Position numbers and translations under genes: made by a program
Notes under the pieces: model-generated
Database searches by the model: none
The model's input: only the letters and a program-made list of their open reading frames with translations
What the model was told of the DNA's origin: nothing
Source: an uncultured Candidatus Saccharibacteria bacterium
Lineage (GTDB): Bacteria; Patescibacteriota; Saccharimonadia; Saccharimonadales; EFPC-124
Direction: 5' to 3'
Assembly: GCA_964447105.1 (NCBI GenBank)
Contig: CAYURH010000004.1
Span: 1 to 61,581 of the forward strand
Length of the DNA: 61,581 nucleotides
In this document: positions 28,065-38,109 of the stretch, piece after piece
Position numbering within the stretch: the stretch's first letter is position 1
Layout: each line of letters starts with the position of its first letter

Positions 28065-28829
28065 TTAGATTGTTACATCCCAGGGCGAAAAGAGGAGAAT
28101 CACCCCCAGTAAAATTGCCCCAAACAGTACTGTGCCGCGCAATGTTCCACGGTCTAGCTTGTCTGTTTTGGCCATGTGGTACATGCGGCCAGCGCAAAAA
28201 CCAATTACCAGCATGATAAGTGCAATCTGCGGAATAAGAATCGGCAAACCTAAATTGTACGCCGTAGTCCAATGGATCAATAGCCACGCCAGTTCAGCCA
28301 GCAACATACCCCACATGGTAGCCCACAGTTCAACGTAACGCTCTTCGTAGTTGCTCACCACATGACGAGCACTCACGTAGCCTACAATGCCACTAGCCAA
28401 GATCACGAAGGGCTCGTTAAATACAGCCGACAGGCTAAACAACACTACCAGGCTCAAAAATTGCGCGATCCCAGCTTGCGCCATAATGCCATAATGCCCC
28501 GAACGCGGCTTGATGACCACTTGCCACACTCCGTACCCAAGCATGATCATAATCTGCACTATCAAATCGCCCGACGCCAAATACATAAGACCCACGACGC
28601 TCAGCCCCACCAACACGTCCACCAAATTGGCTTTTATATTAGTCCACCAAAACCGCGGACGCAGCGCAAAAATGCGCCATTTACTCAACAACACCAATGC
28701 AATAGCGAGGTATGGCGGATCAAACCCGCGCACCAATATCAACACCGCCACCGGTAGCAAGGCGTTGAACACGATGTAGAAAATTTCGCTCACGCGCGTA
28801 CGCGCGGCCCGTGATCTGAGTAGATCCAT
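28065..28829 (-). CDS. Conserved hypothetical multi-TM protein
   Basis: About 8 TM segments, LSKWRIFALRPRFWWTNIKAN motif; TATAAT just upstream. Confidence 0.85.
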   Translation of the reverse strand: MDLLRSRAARTRVSEIFYIVFNALLPVAVLILVRGFDPPYLAIALVLLSKWRIFALRPRFWWTNIKANLVDVLVGLSVVGLMYLASGDLIVQIMIMLGYGVWQVVIKPRSGHYGIMAQAGIAQFLSLVVLFSLSAVFNEPFVILASGIVGYVSARHVVSNYEERYVELWATMWGMLLAELAWLLIHWTTAYNLGLPILIPQIALIMLVIGFCAGRMYHMAKTDKLDRGTLRGTVLFGAILLGVILLFSPWDVTI

Positions 28830-28877
28830 CACAATACCCCAATTATATCCTATGTTACCGGTGAGCAACACTTTTTG

Positions 28878-30563
28878 TTAGTGTGACGATGTGTTGCTGG
28901 CTGGTGTCGTGCCTATGATGACGACAAAGTCTGAGTTGGAGCTGATGCCAGCTGGCAACGTGGTTTTGGCGGTCACGCCCAGCATGGATTGTAGCTTCTT
29001 CAATGTTTGTGGTTTTTTGCCGCCGCTGAGGTCGTAAAGTTGGATCGGAGCGGTATTGAGCGTGGTAGGTGCGTTGCTGATTTTGACCACTTTGAATCCG
29101 GCGTCTTCTAGACTGTCAGCCTGGGTCTGCGCTTTGCCCGCTTCGCCGCTGGCGTTAAGCACGTCGACAGGGGCTTTTTCGATGGCTACAAAATTACCCG
29201 TGGCATAGGCCTTCACCGTAGCCTGGATGTCTGTGTAAACCCCCACCCCAGCGACTGGTTTTACAATGCTCTGGCCGTTAATATTACCGGTGTTTACCAA
29301 AGGATGATCTGGGTCATTGAGCGGAAGTGACATAATGTCATTGCTGTTGACGTCTTGCCCTAATTTGACCAAAGTCTTAATCTCTTCTGCATCAAAATTA
29401 GTGCGCACATTGTTGCCCAGGGCGTCGAGCAAATTGTTCACGGCTACAGGGTTGGCCAACGTACCGGCGCTCACTGCTTTGTCTTTGAGCGCAATCAAGA
29501 TGGCGCGCTGATATTTCTCGCGGTCGAAATTGGCCTGCGGGAACCCGTAGGTGCGCCCTAGCGGGTCATCACCGCGAGCGCGGGCCAGGTATAATGCGTG
29601 TTTGCCATCGAGCTGCACAGGCCCGTTGGGATATTTAACGTTGTAGCATGTTTGCGAACCTTTGGGGCAATCCCAGTCGAAGTTACGGTCGAGCACACCA
29701 CGCGAATCTTTGCTGTCGATCACCACCGTGATACCTCCCACGGCATCCACTGCCTGACGCAGTGCGGTGTAATTCAGATGGGTGGCGTATTGCACGTCGA
29801 GGCCCAGCACTTGACCCACTTTTTTGCGTAGCGCTTCCTGAGCGGTCTCTTCCCCTTGAGATTTTACGCAGCTATACAGTGCATTTATCCTACCCTGCAG
29901 CCCAGCGGGGCACGTGCGACTATAGTCTACCCACAGATCACGAGGGATACTCACCAGGAATGCATCTTTTTTAGTCTGGTTCACACTGACCACCATAATG
30001 GAATCGGTCAAATCGCCACCGGGATGACCTGGATCGTCTTCGGAAGTTCCAAATAACAGGATGTTGGTGCGGCCATTGGCGTCTTGCTGCAACGGCTTGG
30101 CTTGGTTAAAGATGGCGCTTACTACGTTGCCTTTAAAGATTTTGCTGCCGGTGCTCAAAAATTTGAACACAAAATAACCGCCCAAACTCAGCCCAGCCAA
30201 GACAACCAGCACAATGGCAATGATAATGGCACGTTTCACCCATGGGCGCTTGCCGCTAATTTTGTCTTTTTTGTTACGCCGGTCACGCCGCCGGTCACCA
30301 CGAGACTTCGGTGGTTCGTCGTCGAGACTCAGGTCGATCCCTAAATCTTTGTGCGACACGCTATGTCCTGGGTTTACCACCTGCGGCCTGGTTGTCCCAG
30401 TCAGCTGGCTGGCGTTGGCATGTTTGTGCGGGTCGGCTGGGTCCACCAGATACTTAGGCGGCAAGGATTCTTTGGATACATCCAAGCTAGGCTTGTCGCC
30501 ACCAGGGGAAGCAACACGTCGCGGAATAACAAAACCATCGGTGTTTGATCGTCTATGTTTCAT
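28878..30563 (-). CDS. LCP (LytR-CpsA-Psr) protein with LytR_C domain
   Basis: NILLFG, TDSIMV, VSIPRDLWV, LARAR, VDVLNASG. Confidence 0.93.
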   Translation of the reverse strand: MKHRRSNTDGFVIPRRVASPGGDKPSLDVSKESLPPKYLVDPADPHKHANASQLTGTTRPQVVNPGHSVSHKDLGIDLSLDDEPPKSRGDRRRDRRNKKDKISGKRPWVKRAIIIAIVLVVLAGLSLGGYFVFKFLSTGSKIFKGNVVSAIFNQAKPLQQDANGRTNILLFGTSEDDPGHPGGDLTDSIMVVSVNQTKKDAFLVSIPRDLWVDYSRTCPAGLQGRINALYSCVKSQGEETAQEALRKKVGQVLGLDVQYATHLNYTALRQAVDAVGGITVVIDSKDSRGVLDRNFDWDCPKGSQTCYNVKYPNGPVQLDGKHALYLARARGDDPLGRTYGFPQANFDREKYQRAILIALKDKAVSAGTLANPVAVNNLLDALGNNVRTNFDAEEIKTLVKLGQDVNSNDIMSLPLNDPDHPLVNTGNINGQSIVKPVAGVGVYTDIQATVKAYATGNFVAIEKAPVDVLNASGEAGKAQTQADSLEDAGFKVVKISNAPTTLNTAPIQLYDLSGGKKPQTLKKLQSMLGVTAKTTLPAGISSNSDFVVIIGTTPASNTSSH

Positions 30564-30671
30564 AAAACCGTTCTTAAAACTATAGCGTCTTTAACGAGTA
30601 TCGTAAACCCAACGTGAGTACACGTTGGCGCAGTCAACCATGGAAATTTGATGCCCACCCAGCTATTATAT

Positions 30672-31769
30672 ATGGGTATGCAGACAGATCAACCACTCCA
30701 TGATATTGATGACTCGGCTTTTTCTCCCATCACCAGCCCACCCGACCCCAACTCCACACCGGCCCGTCCGGCTCAAGCTGCAAGTCCATATAATTCCATG
30801 CCAGCTGCACAACCCGGCGCTCCCACCCCTTCACCAGTCCAACAAGCCGCGCCCACACCCACACCAGTCGTACCAGTGACATCTGTACCGCCTGCAGCGC
30901 CAGTAAGCGCCAGCTTGCCGGCAGCGCCCGCACCGCAGCCCGCGCCATCACGCCCACAAATGGCCGATGTTGTAGCGCCTGCTACCGCTATAAATGCCCC
31001 TCCCCGTCCACGCAGCGCATCGGCTACATCGTATAGCCCACCCTCGCAAACCGCGCTGCAGCACGTACCCGACGAAGTCATCAAAAAAATCAGCGAAGCG
31101 CCCGAGCGCACCGCGCGCGAAATCGAATCCGACATGCACCATAAACCTCACAACTGGCACCCCCGTCGCATACTGTCTATCGCAATGTTCGGCGTACTCA
31201 TTTTTGCAGTAGCCTGGTTGATTAACCTGTTTGTGTTTCAGTCATACTTCGTGGAAGGGACGAGCATGACACCCACACTGCAAAACGGTGATCGTTTGAT
31301 CATTAGCAAAGTTGAAAAATCCATCGCCGCAGCCCAAGGCAAGCCCTACATCCCCAACCGCGGCCAAATAGTAGTACTCGACAGCACCATCGTGGGTAGC
31401 AATGGCCAAGAAGAGCAACTGATCAAACGAGTAATTGGCTTGCCGGGCGATGCCATTCATATACAGGACGGCAAAGTACTCATCAGAAACAGCGAATTCC
31501 CCGACGGATTCGACGCCAATGTCACTCTGGGACTCAAACTTGAGTCTACCTACACTGATGGGCCACTTGATTTCACCGTGGGCGACCACCAAGTGTTTGT
31601 GATGGGCGACAACCGCGTGCAAAACGGTAGTTATGATTCACGCGCTTTTGGGCCGGTGGATGTCAAAAACCTAGAAGGCCGCTTGTGGGCGCGCATTTTA
31701 CCAGTCGATCAAGCCAAAGTGTTTAGCAGCCTACAGCCCTGGATGTGGCAAAAATCTTTGCTGCGATAA
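30672..31769 (+). CDS. lepB: Signal peptidase I with long Pro/Ala-rich N-terminus
   Basis: GTSMTPTL, LIKRVIGLPGD, VMGDNR..SYDSRAFG; start uncertain (30648/30672/30678). Confidence 0.93.
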   Translation: MGMQTDQPLHDIDDSAFSPITSPPDPNSTPARPAQAASPYNSMPAAQPGAPTPSPVQQAAPTPTPVVPVTSVPPAAPVSASLPAAPAPQPAPSRPQMADVVAPATAINAPPRPRSASATSYSPPSQTALQHVPDEVIKKISEAPERTAREIESDMHHKPHNWHPRRILSIAMFGVLIFAVAWLINLFVFQSYFVEGTSMTPTLQNGDRLIISKVEKSIAAAQGKPYIPNRGQIVVLDSTIVGSNGQEEQLIKRVIGLPGDAIHIQDGKVLIRNSEFPDGFDANVTLGLKLESTYTDGPLDFTVGDHQVFVMGDNRVQNGSYDSRAFGPVDVKNLEGRLWARILPVDQAKVFSSLQPWMWQKSLLR

Positions 31770-32189
31770 TCGCAAACCAGACCTTAGCTGCTCGGTCACT
31801 TCTGACTTCGACAAACGTGACGGTATGTGTAAAAAGGCAATCCGTTTCTGCGGATAGCTTTTCACCAATCCAGCAGCCAGCATATTGCACCAAGAATTTT
31901 TTATAGTAAGCGTTTTTCGAAAAAGCTCGCCATCTGCCAGGGATGTGTCTAGGAGATACTGGCCCGAGTCGTCTGCACAGACACCCTCAACGTGCACATA
32001 CTGCGACTGCAGGCCACGATACACGCCGGCAGCTACAATGTAATCCGCGTCGCGCACCACGTCGGAGGCACAAAATTCATCAATGAGTCTCCGGCTGGAA
32101 CCCACCTCGAAATACATATATTCGTCAGCCAAACGTCGCACAATATTTGCCGCAACTGTACCCCTAAAAGCAACTAATGCGACAGTCAT
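31731..32189 (-). CDS. Pyroglutamyl-peptidase I (C15)-like protein
   Basis: VHVEG, SWCN and AFLHIP match the Glu/Cys/His triad spacing; overlaps the parB stop. Confidence 0.55.
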   Translation of the reverse strand: MTVALVAFRGTVAANIVRRLADEYMYFEVGSSRRLIDEFCASDVVRDADYIVAAGVYRGLQSQYVHVEGVCADDSGQYLLDTSLADGELFRKTLTIKNSWCNMLAAGLVKSYPQKRIAFLHIPSRLSKSEVTEQLRSGLRLSQQRFLPHPGL

Positions 32190-33079
32190 TAATCAAGCAA
32201 CGCGCCGGTGATGCGTTTGAATTCGGCATCACTTTTGAATTCGATAATCAGTCGCCCGCCTTTGGCCATATGCTTCACCACGACTGGTGTGTTCAGGCGC
32301 TGGCCGAGTGCTTTGGTTTCGCGCGTTTCGGTTTGCGTTTTGGCGGCGGCACGTTCGCGTTTTTTGCTCTTGGATCCTTCTTTGTAGCCAATCACAAACT
32401 GTTCGGCTTTGCGCACTGACCAGCCTTGGCTAATGATGAGGCTTAGCAGTTCGTCTTGTACATCGGCTTCTTGGATAGCCAAAATCTGGCGAGCATGGCC
32501 TTCACTAATCTGACCGTCGACCAGTGCTTGCTTGGCGTTTTTGGGCAAACTCAGTAGGCGCATGGTGTTGCTGATGGTACTCACCGCCCGGCCACCGCCC
32601 ACTTGTTTGCCGATCTCTTCGTAAGTCATGTTGAACTGCTGATGCAATTTCAGATATGCCGTGGCGGTTTCGAGCGGATTGAGGTCCTCGCGCTGTAGGT
32701 TTTCGATGAGCGCTACTTCCAGTTTGTGCTGGTCGGTGTAGCTACGCACAATAGCCGGAATGTCAGTTTTGCCAGCCGCTTGCGACGCTCGCCAGCGACG
32801 CTCGCCAGCGACGATTTCGTAGCTGCCGTCGCGAGGCATCACCACAATCGGCTGCAACACGCCGTGTTGTTTAATAGATTCAGTCAACTCATCGAGCGCC
32901 GTTTGATCAAAATGGCGGCGCGGCTGCTCGGGATTGGCCACCACTTTGTCGACAGGGATATTGCGCAGCTCGCTCAACTGTTCATCTTGCGCCTGTGTGG
33001 GGTCAAATTCTTCGTCGAGTAGCTGGGTAGGTATGAGCGAATCAAAGCCCCGCCCTAGGCCTTTTTTAACGTTTGGCAC
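32189..33079 (-). CDS. parB: Chromosome partitioning protein ParB
   Basis: KKGLGRG, QPRRHF, IVAGERRWRA, ENLQREDL. Confidence 0.97.
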   Translation of the reverse strand: MPNVKKGLGRGFDSLIPTQLLDEEFDPTQAQDEQLSELRNIPVDKVVANPEQPRRHFDQTALDELTESIKQHGVLQPIVVMPRDGSYEIVAGERRWRASQAAGKTDIPAIVRSYTDQHKLEVALIENLQREDLNPLETATAYLKLHQQFNMTYEEIGKQVGGGRAVSTISNTMRLLSLPKNAKQALVDGQISEGHARQILAIQEADVQDELLSLIISQGWSVRKAEQFVIGYKEGSKSKKRERAAAKTQTETRETKALGQRLNTPVVVKHMAKGGRLIIEFKSDAEFKRITGALLD

Positions 33080-33830
33080 GCTCTGTCACCTCCTTTGTCA
33101 GCGCTTTGTAAGCACGGGAACCTTTACTCCACCGGTCATACACGCCAATTGGCATGCCGTGGCTTGGTGCCTCGGCCAATCTGACGTTACGCGGAATAAT
33201 TGTATTAAAAACTTTGCCGGGAAAATGTTTTTGCACTTCAGCCTGCACCTGAGAAGACAGTGTAGTGCGGCTATCTACCATAGTAAGCACCACACCCAAC
33301 AGCTCAAGCTGTGGGTTGAGTTGTTTGCGCACCAGCTGCATGGTCTCAAGCAATTGGCCCAAGCCTTCGAGCGCGTAGAATTCGGCCTGCACCGGCAGCA
33401 GCACATGGTGGGCGGCGATCAGCGAATTCACAGTGAGCAAACTCAAACTAGGCGGGCAATCAATCACCACCACCTGATATGAATTGTTTTCGAGTGCGTG
33501 ACGCAGGCGGGTAAACTTGCGCTCGGCTTTGGCCAGTTCTACTTCGGCATTGGCAAGCTGAGGCGTACTGGGCAAAACATGAAGATTCTTGAACTTGGTG
33601 GCCACCACACATTCGTTGAGTGGCTTCGCGCCCTCGAGCACATCGATAACCGTACGCTGGAGTTCTCTTTTTTCGATCCCCAAGCCACTCGTAGCATTAC
33701 CTTGTGGGTCAAAATCCACTAGCAAGGTGCTAAGACCGCTTTTGGCCAAGAAATAGGCTACGTTAACAGCCGTCGTCGTCTTGCCCACTCCCCCTTTTTG
33801 ATTGGTGACAGCAATAATTGTGCCGGCCAT
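33066..33830 (-). CDS. parA: Chromosome partitioning ATPase ParA/Soj
   Basis: NQKGGVGKTT, DPQGN, IDCPP, IPRNVRLAEAPS. Confidence 0.97.
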   Translation of the reverse strand: MAGTIIAVTNQKGGVGKTTTAVNVAYFLAKSGLSTLLVDFDPQGNATSGLGIEKRELQRTVIDVLEGAKPLNECVVATKFKNLHVLPSTPQLANAEVELAKAERKFTRLRHALENNSYQVVVIDCPPSLSLLTVNSLIAAHHVLLPVQAEFYALEGLGQLLETMQLVRKQLNPQLELLGVVLTMVDSRTTLSSQVQAEVQKHFPGKVFNTIIPRNVRLAEAPSHGMPIGVYDRWSKGSRAYKALTKEVTERAKR

Positions 33831-33926
33831 ATCTGTTGGTTTTAACCCTCTCGTCAAATGCTACGCCTCATTGTAACAGGTTTTGCCCATGTGGTGAAAA
33901 ACTGCATGAGCTGTATACTATAGACA

Positions 33927-34526
33927 ATGACAATGTTTTTGATTGGATTGAGCGCTTTTCTAACAATTGCAAGCGCCATCCCCTACATGGTGGAAATCGT
34001 TCAAGGCAAAGCAAAACCACGCATTGTGTCGTGGTTTACATGGTCGCTCCTAACCGCAATCGCCTGCGCTGCATCTTTTGCTGATGGCCAGGTAGCTGGC
34101 GGCGTATTATTGTTGGCAGCAACAATTGAAACGTTTTTGGTTGTTGTTTTGGGTCTTAAATATGGCGACCGCAAATTCGAACGCTTTGACATTGTGTGTC
34201 AGATCGGAGCGCTCGTTGGCTTGGTGCTGTGGTTGGTATTTAATTCGCCAGCAATTGCTATTGTCGCCACTGTAACCATCGACTGCATTGGCATGCTTCC
34301 TACCATAAAACACTCCTGGCAAAAGCCGCACGAAGAAACATGGATAACGTTTTTTATGGCAGGTCTGGCCAGCATATTTACACTTGTGGCCGCCAACAAC
34401 TGGAGCATCACCGCGGCAGCTTACCCCATGTACATTGTGGTAGCTAATCTGCTGCTTGTAGCGATTATCTTTGCCAGCCCTCATCGTCACAAAAAAACCG
34501 CGCCCAAAGAACTACGACACTTATAA
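33927..34526 (+). CDS. Hypothetical 7-TM protein (PQ-loop-like duplicated halves)
   Basis: IPYM..KP..SWF and LPTI..KP.E.W repeats; leaderless start after TATACT. Confidence 0.8.
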   Translation: MTMFLIGLSAFLTIASAIPYMVEIVQGKAKPRIVSWFTWSLLTAIACAASFADGQVAGGVLLLAATIETFLVVVLGLKYGDRKFERFDIVCQIGALVGLVLWLVFNSPAIAIVATVTIDCIGMLPTIKHSWQKPHEETWITFFMAGLASIFTLVAANNWSITAAAYPMYIVVANLLLVAIIFASPHRHKKTAPKELRHL

Positions 34527-34551
34527 AAACCCGCCTTCGTGGGCGGGTTTT
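34526..34551. terminator. Bidirectional terminator
   Basis: aaaacccgcc-ttcgtg-ggcgggtttt between convergent genes. Confidence 0.8.
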
Positions 34552-34553
34552 GC

Positions 34554-34862
34554 TTAGGCGCTGATTTTGCTGATTTCGATTTGGGTGTATTTTTGGCGGT
34601 GGCCGGTGATTTTTTTGACGCGTTTTTTGGATTCAAACCGTACGACTTTCAATTTGTCGCCTTTAACTTCTGGTTCCAATACTTTGGCGCTGACTTTGGC
34701 GCCTTTGACCACAGGAGTACCTACGGTAACGGTGGCGTCGTCAAAGACCATCAGTGGTTCGAGGTCGAGGGTTTTGGTGGCGTCATCAAGCTTGTCAACC
34801 AAAAGCGTTTGCTTTTCGGCTACGATGTATTGCTTGCCGCCAACTGTAATAATTGCTTTCAT
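34554..34862 (-). CDS. rplU: 50S ribosomal protein L21
   Basis: GGKQYIV, GHRQKYT. Confidence 0.97.
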   Translation of the reverse strand: MKAIITVGGKQYIVAEKQTLLVDKLDDATKTLDLEPLMVFDDATVTVGTPVVKGAKVSAKVLEPEVKGDKLKVVRFESKKRVKKITGHRQKYTQIEISKISA

Positions 34863-34927
34863 CTAAATCTCGTTAAATGTTACGTATCTCGAACAATTTT
34901 AACAGAGTAAGGCCAGGTTGTAAAGCG

Positions 34928-35170
34928 TTACTTGCCAGCATCTTCGGGTTGCATAGCGCCAAGTTCTTCGACGGCGCGTTCCCAGAATCGATCAAGCTTG
35001 TCTGGGTCGATGGTATCGTGTAGATCCCAGTACTGTTCGTCTGCTGAACCGATGGGATCTTCGTCGATTGCTTTGATAAGCTCGTCCGAGGGGTCGTCAA
35101 TCGGCACAGGTGCCAATTGCATACGACCGCGGGGACTAGGGATAGTAAGGGTGTTTTCTTTTGTTGCCAT
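34928..35170 (-). CDS. Small acidic hypothetical protein
   Basis: 80-aa ORF with its own TTGACA-17-TAATGT promoter. Confidence 0.7.
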   Translation of the reverse strand: MATKENTLTIPSPRGRMQLAPVPIDDPSDELIKAIDEDPIGSADEQYWDLHDTIDPDKLDRFWERAVEELGAMQPEDAGK

Positions 35171-35241
35171 GTATTTGTTTTAATTTTGTTATATTCAAAC
35201 ATTAGCACAATGATGCGCAGATGTCAATTGTATGTCTATAG

Positions 35242-38091
35242 TTATGCTTTTTGCAACGAGATGGTCACCTGTACGCCATCTACTTTGGCAGCTTCGGTGT
35301 GCGCTTGCGGTTCGTCGGCCATACGAGTAGCGAGCGTTTCTTGGGCGATCACATCGGTAAAATCTGCCAACGCGCGTTGGATCAGCACATCAGCACTCCT
35401 AATATGCAAAGATATGCGGTCGTCCACGTTGAGCCCGGCTGTTTTGCGCAGATTTTGCACCAGGCGTACAATGTCGCGCATCACACCTTCGGCTTTGAGT
35501 TCGTCGGTGATTTCGGTGTCCAGTTTGACGCTTTTGCCACTCACCTTGGCCACTTTGACGTTTAGTTCGTCGGCCACGATATCCAAGTATCCCTCGGGTA
35601 ATTCGGGGATGGTGACTTTGGCGAGCGGTTGGCGAACTTTTACTTTGGCCGCAGCACGTTGCGACAGGCCTTCGGTAATAAAATCGCGCGCCTGCTGCAT
35701 GTCAGTGAGCGTTTTTTGATTCACTTTGCCAGTCGCTGGCCAGTCGCTTAGGTGGACCGATTTGGGCAGGTTTGTGCCAACAACCAGCGTTCGCCATGAT
35801 TCATCACTCACAAATGGCGCCCAGGGTGCTAGCAACTGTGCTATGCGAACCAAGGTGTAGTGCAACGTTTCGTACGCGCTCTGCTTGTCGCCATCGTCTT
35901 CGCTTTTCCAAAAGCGGCGGCGACTGCGACGAACAAACCAGTTTGACGTGTCATCGAGCAAATCAGCCAGCAGCTTCATGGATTTTGGAATTTCGTATGC
36001 GTCAACACTGTGGGTGATGTCATTGATAGCGAGCTGCAGCCGCGCTAGCATCCATTTATCCAAAATATTTTTCGATACAGGTTCGGAAAATTCTGAATTA
36101 GGTCGCCATTTATCAACCTTGGCATACATACTAAAGAAACTACCGATATTTTTGAAACGCTGGATCACATTGCGCTGGGTTTCTGTAAGCGCTTTTTTGT
36201 CGAATGCCGATGATTCGCCACTCATAACTGCGGTGCCAAGCATGTAAACACGCAACGCATCGGCGCCGTATTCGTTAAATGCCAGGTTAACATCAGGGTA
36301 ATTACGCAGCCGTTTGCTTAATTTGCGGCCGTCGTCGCCCAGCAAAATGCCATGGGCCATACAATTTTTGAATGCTTCGCGGCCAAACAAAGCCACCTGC
36401 ATAACCAGCAGGGTGTAAAACCAGCCGCGGGTTTGGCCAATATATTCGGTAATAAAGTCAGCTGGAAAGCCTTCTTCGAACCGTTTTTTGTTTTCAAACG
36501 GATAGTGCATTTGGGCGAACGGCATGCTGCCGCTTTCGAACCAACAGTCCAAAACATCTTCAACACGATGTGCCAAACGACCATCTTTGGTTTTGAGCAC
36601 AATTTTATCAATGAATGGACGATGCAGATCCGTGACAAGCGATGGATCAACCGCCAAATCACGCAGTTCTTTGATGCTACCGGGTACGATCAGTTCACCG
36701 TCGTCAGTCTTCCACACAGGAATCGGTGCACCCCAAAAACGCTTGCGGCTGATGTTCCATTCGCGCGCACCCTCTAGCCACTTGCCCATTGCCCCATTTT
36801 GGACATTGGCAGGAACCCAATTGATGTTTTGGTTGACGCGCAACAGGTCTTTTTTGATCTTGGGCACGTCAACAAACCAAGCGCTCATGGCTCGGTAGAT
36901 GATTGGCACATCAGTTCGCCAACAGTGCGGATATTTGTGCGTATACAGCGCCGATTTAAACAGTTTTTTACTTTTTTCTAGATCGGCAACAATTTCGTTA
37001 TTGGCGTCAAACACCAAGCGACCGGCATAATCGCTCACGTCGTTGGTAAAACAGCCGGCGTCGTCGACCGGACTAACAATAGGTACTTTTTCGCGTTTGC
37101 CCAGCCAAAAGTCATCTTCGCCATGACCCGGAGCAACATGCACTACGCCGGTGCCTTCGTCGGTGCTCACAAAATCGGCTGCCACCACGCGAAAAGCGGT
37201 TGGCGCATCTTTGAAGTAATCAAATGGTGGTTCGTAAGTCATACCCACCAATTTGTTGCCTTTTATGCGGCGAACTACTTCCCCATCATCGAGTTCCGGG
37301 TAGCGTTCGAGCGCGGCTTCGGCCAGAATATACCTCACACCATCGTCTTCGACTTCTACATAATCGATGTTACTGCCTACTGCCAACAACATATTGGCGG
37401 GCAACGTCCACGGCGTGGTTGTCCAGCCTAGCATGTAGCGACCGTCTGGCAACCTAAATTTAATGGTAGCGGTAATGTCTTCGCGGTCGCGATAGCTGTC
37501 GTCTTGCCGGGTTTCAAAGTTGCTTAGCGCGGTTTGCGCCCCATAACTATAGGGCACTACCCGTTCACCTTCGTAGATTAGACCTTTTTTGTAGAGCTCT
37601 TTAAACGCCCACATGACACTCTCCATGTAGGGTTGGTCCATAGTGCGATAGTCATCGTCGAAATCTACCCACCGGCCCAGTCGCTGGATATATTCGTGCC
37701 ATTCGCCAGTGTAGCGCAGCACTGACTCGCGACAATAGGTATTAAATTTATCGATACCATAAGCCACAATCGCTTTTTTGCCGGAAACACCCAGTTCTTT
37801 TTCGGCTAACATTTCTGGTGGTAGGCCGTGACAGTCCCAGCCAAATCGACGCGGCGCCAAGTAGCCACGCATGGTTTTATAGCGTGGGATCGCGTCTTTG
37901 AGCACGCTGGTTGCCAGATGGCCGTAGTGCGGCAAGCCGTTGGCAAATGGCGGCCCGTCATAAAAACTAAATAGTTCTTTGCCTTTGCGGGCGGCGACGC
38001 TTTTTTCGAACGTCTTTTCTTTTTGCCACAACGCCAACATGGTCTCTTCACCGAGCGCCAATGCGGATTTTTTAACTTCAGATTTGTCCAT
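35242..38091 (-). CDS. ileS: Isoleucine--tRNA ligase, type 2 (IleRS2)
   Basis: DGPPFANGLPHYGH, WTTTPWTLP, HCWR, QTRGWFY, KLSKR. Confidence 0.97.
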   Translation of the reverse strand: MDKSEVKKSALALGEETMLALWQKEKTFEKSVAARKGKELFSFYDGPPFANGLPHYGHLATSVLKDAIPRYKTMRGYLAPRRFGWDCHGLPPEMLAEKELGVSGKKAIVAYGIDKFNTYCRESVLRYTGEWHEYIQRLGRWVDFDDDYRTMDQPYMESVMWAFKELYKKGLIYEGERVVPYSYGAQTALSNFETRQDDSYRDREDITATIKFRLPDGRYMLGWTTTPWTLPANMLLAVGSNIDYVEVEDDGVRYILAEAALERYPELDDGEVVRRIKGNKLVGMTYEPPFDYFKDAPTAFRVVAADFVSTDEGTGVVHVAPGHGEDDFWLGKREKVPIVSPVDDAGCFTNDVSDYAGRLVFDANNEIVADLEKSKKLFKSALYTHKYPHCWRTDVPIIYRAMSAWFVDVPKIKKDLLRVNQNINWVPANVQNGAMGKWLEGAREWNISRKRFWGAPIPVWKTDDGELIVPGSIKELRDLAVDPSLVTDLHRPFIDKIVLKTKDGRLAHRVEDVLDCWFESGSMPFAQMHYPFENKKRFEEGFPADFITEYIGQTRGWFYTLLVMQVALFGREAFKNCMAHGILLGDDGRKLSKRLRNYPDVNLAFNEYGADALRVYMLGTAVMSGESSAFDKKALTETQRNVIQRFKNIGSFFSMYAKVDKWRPNSEFSEPVSKNILDKWMLARLQLAINDITHSVDAYEIPKSMKLLADLLDDTSNWFVRRSRRRFWKSEDDGDKQSAYETLHYTLVRIAQLLAPWAPFVSDESWRTLVVGTNLPKSVHLSDWPATGKVNQKTLTDMQQARDFITEGLSQRAAAKVKVRQPLAKVTIPELPEGYLDIVADELNVKVAKVSGKSVKLDTEITDELKAEGVMRDIVRLVQNLRKTAGLNVDDRISLHIRSADVLIQRALADFTDVIAQETLATRMADEPQAHTEAAKVDGVQVTISLQKA

Positions 38092-38109
38092 GAATTACCT
38101 CTTTAAAAT

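Noticed and set aside
32189-33927. parS site or oriC near parAB
   Set aside because: No GTTTCACGTGAAAC-like palindrome or DnaA-box cluster seen by eye
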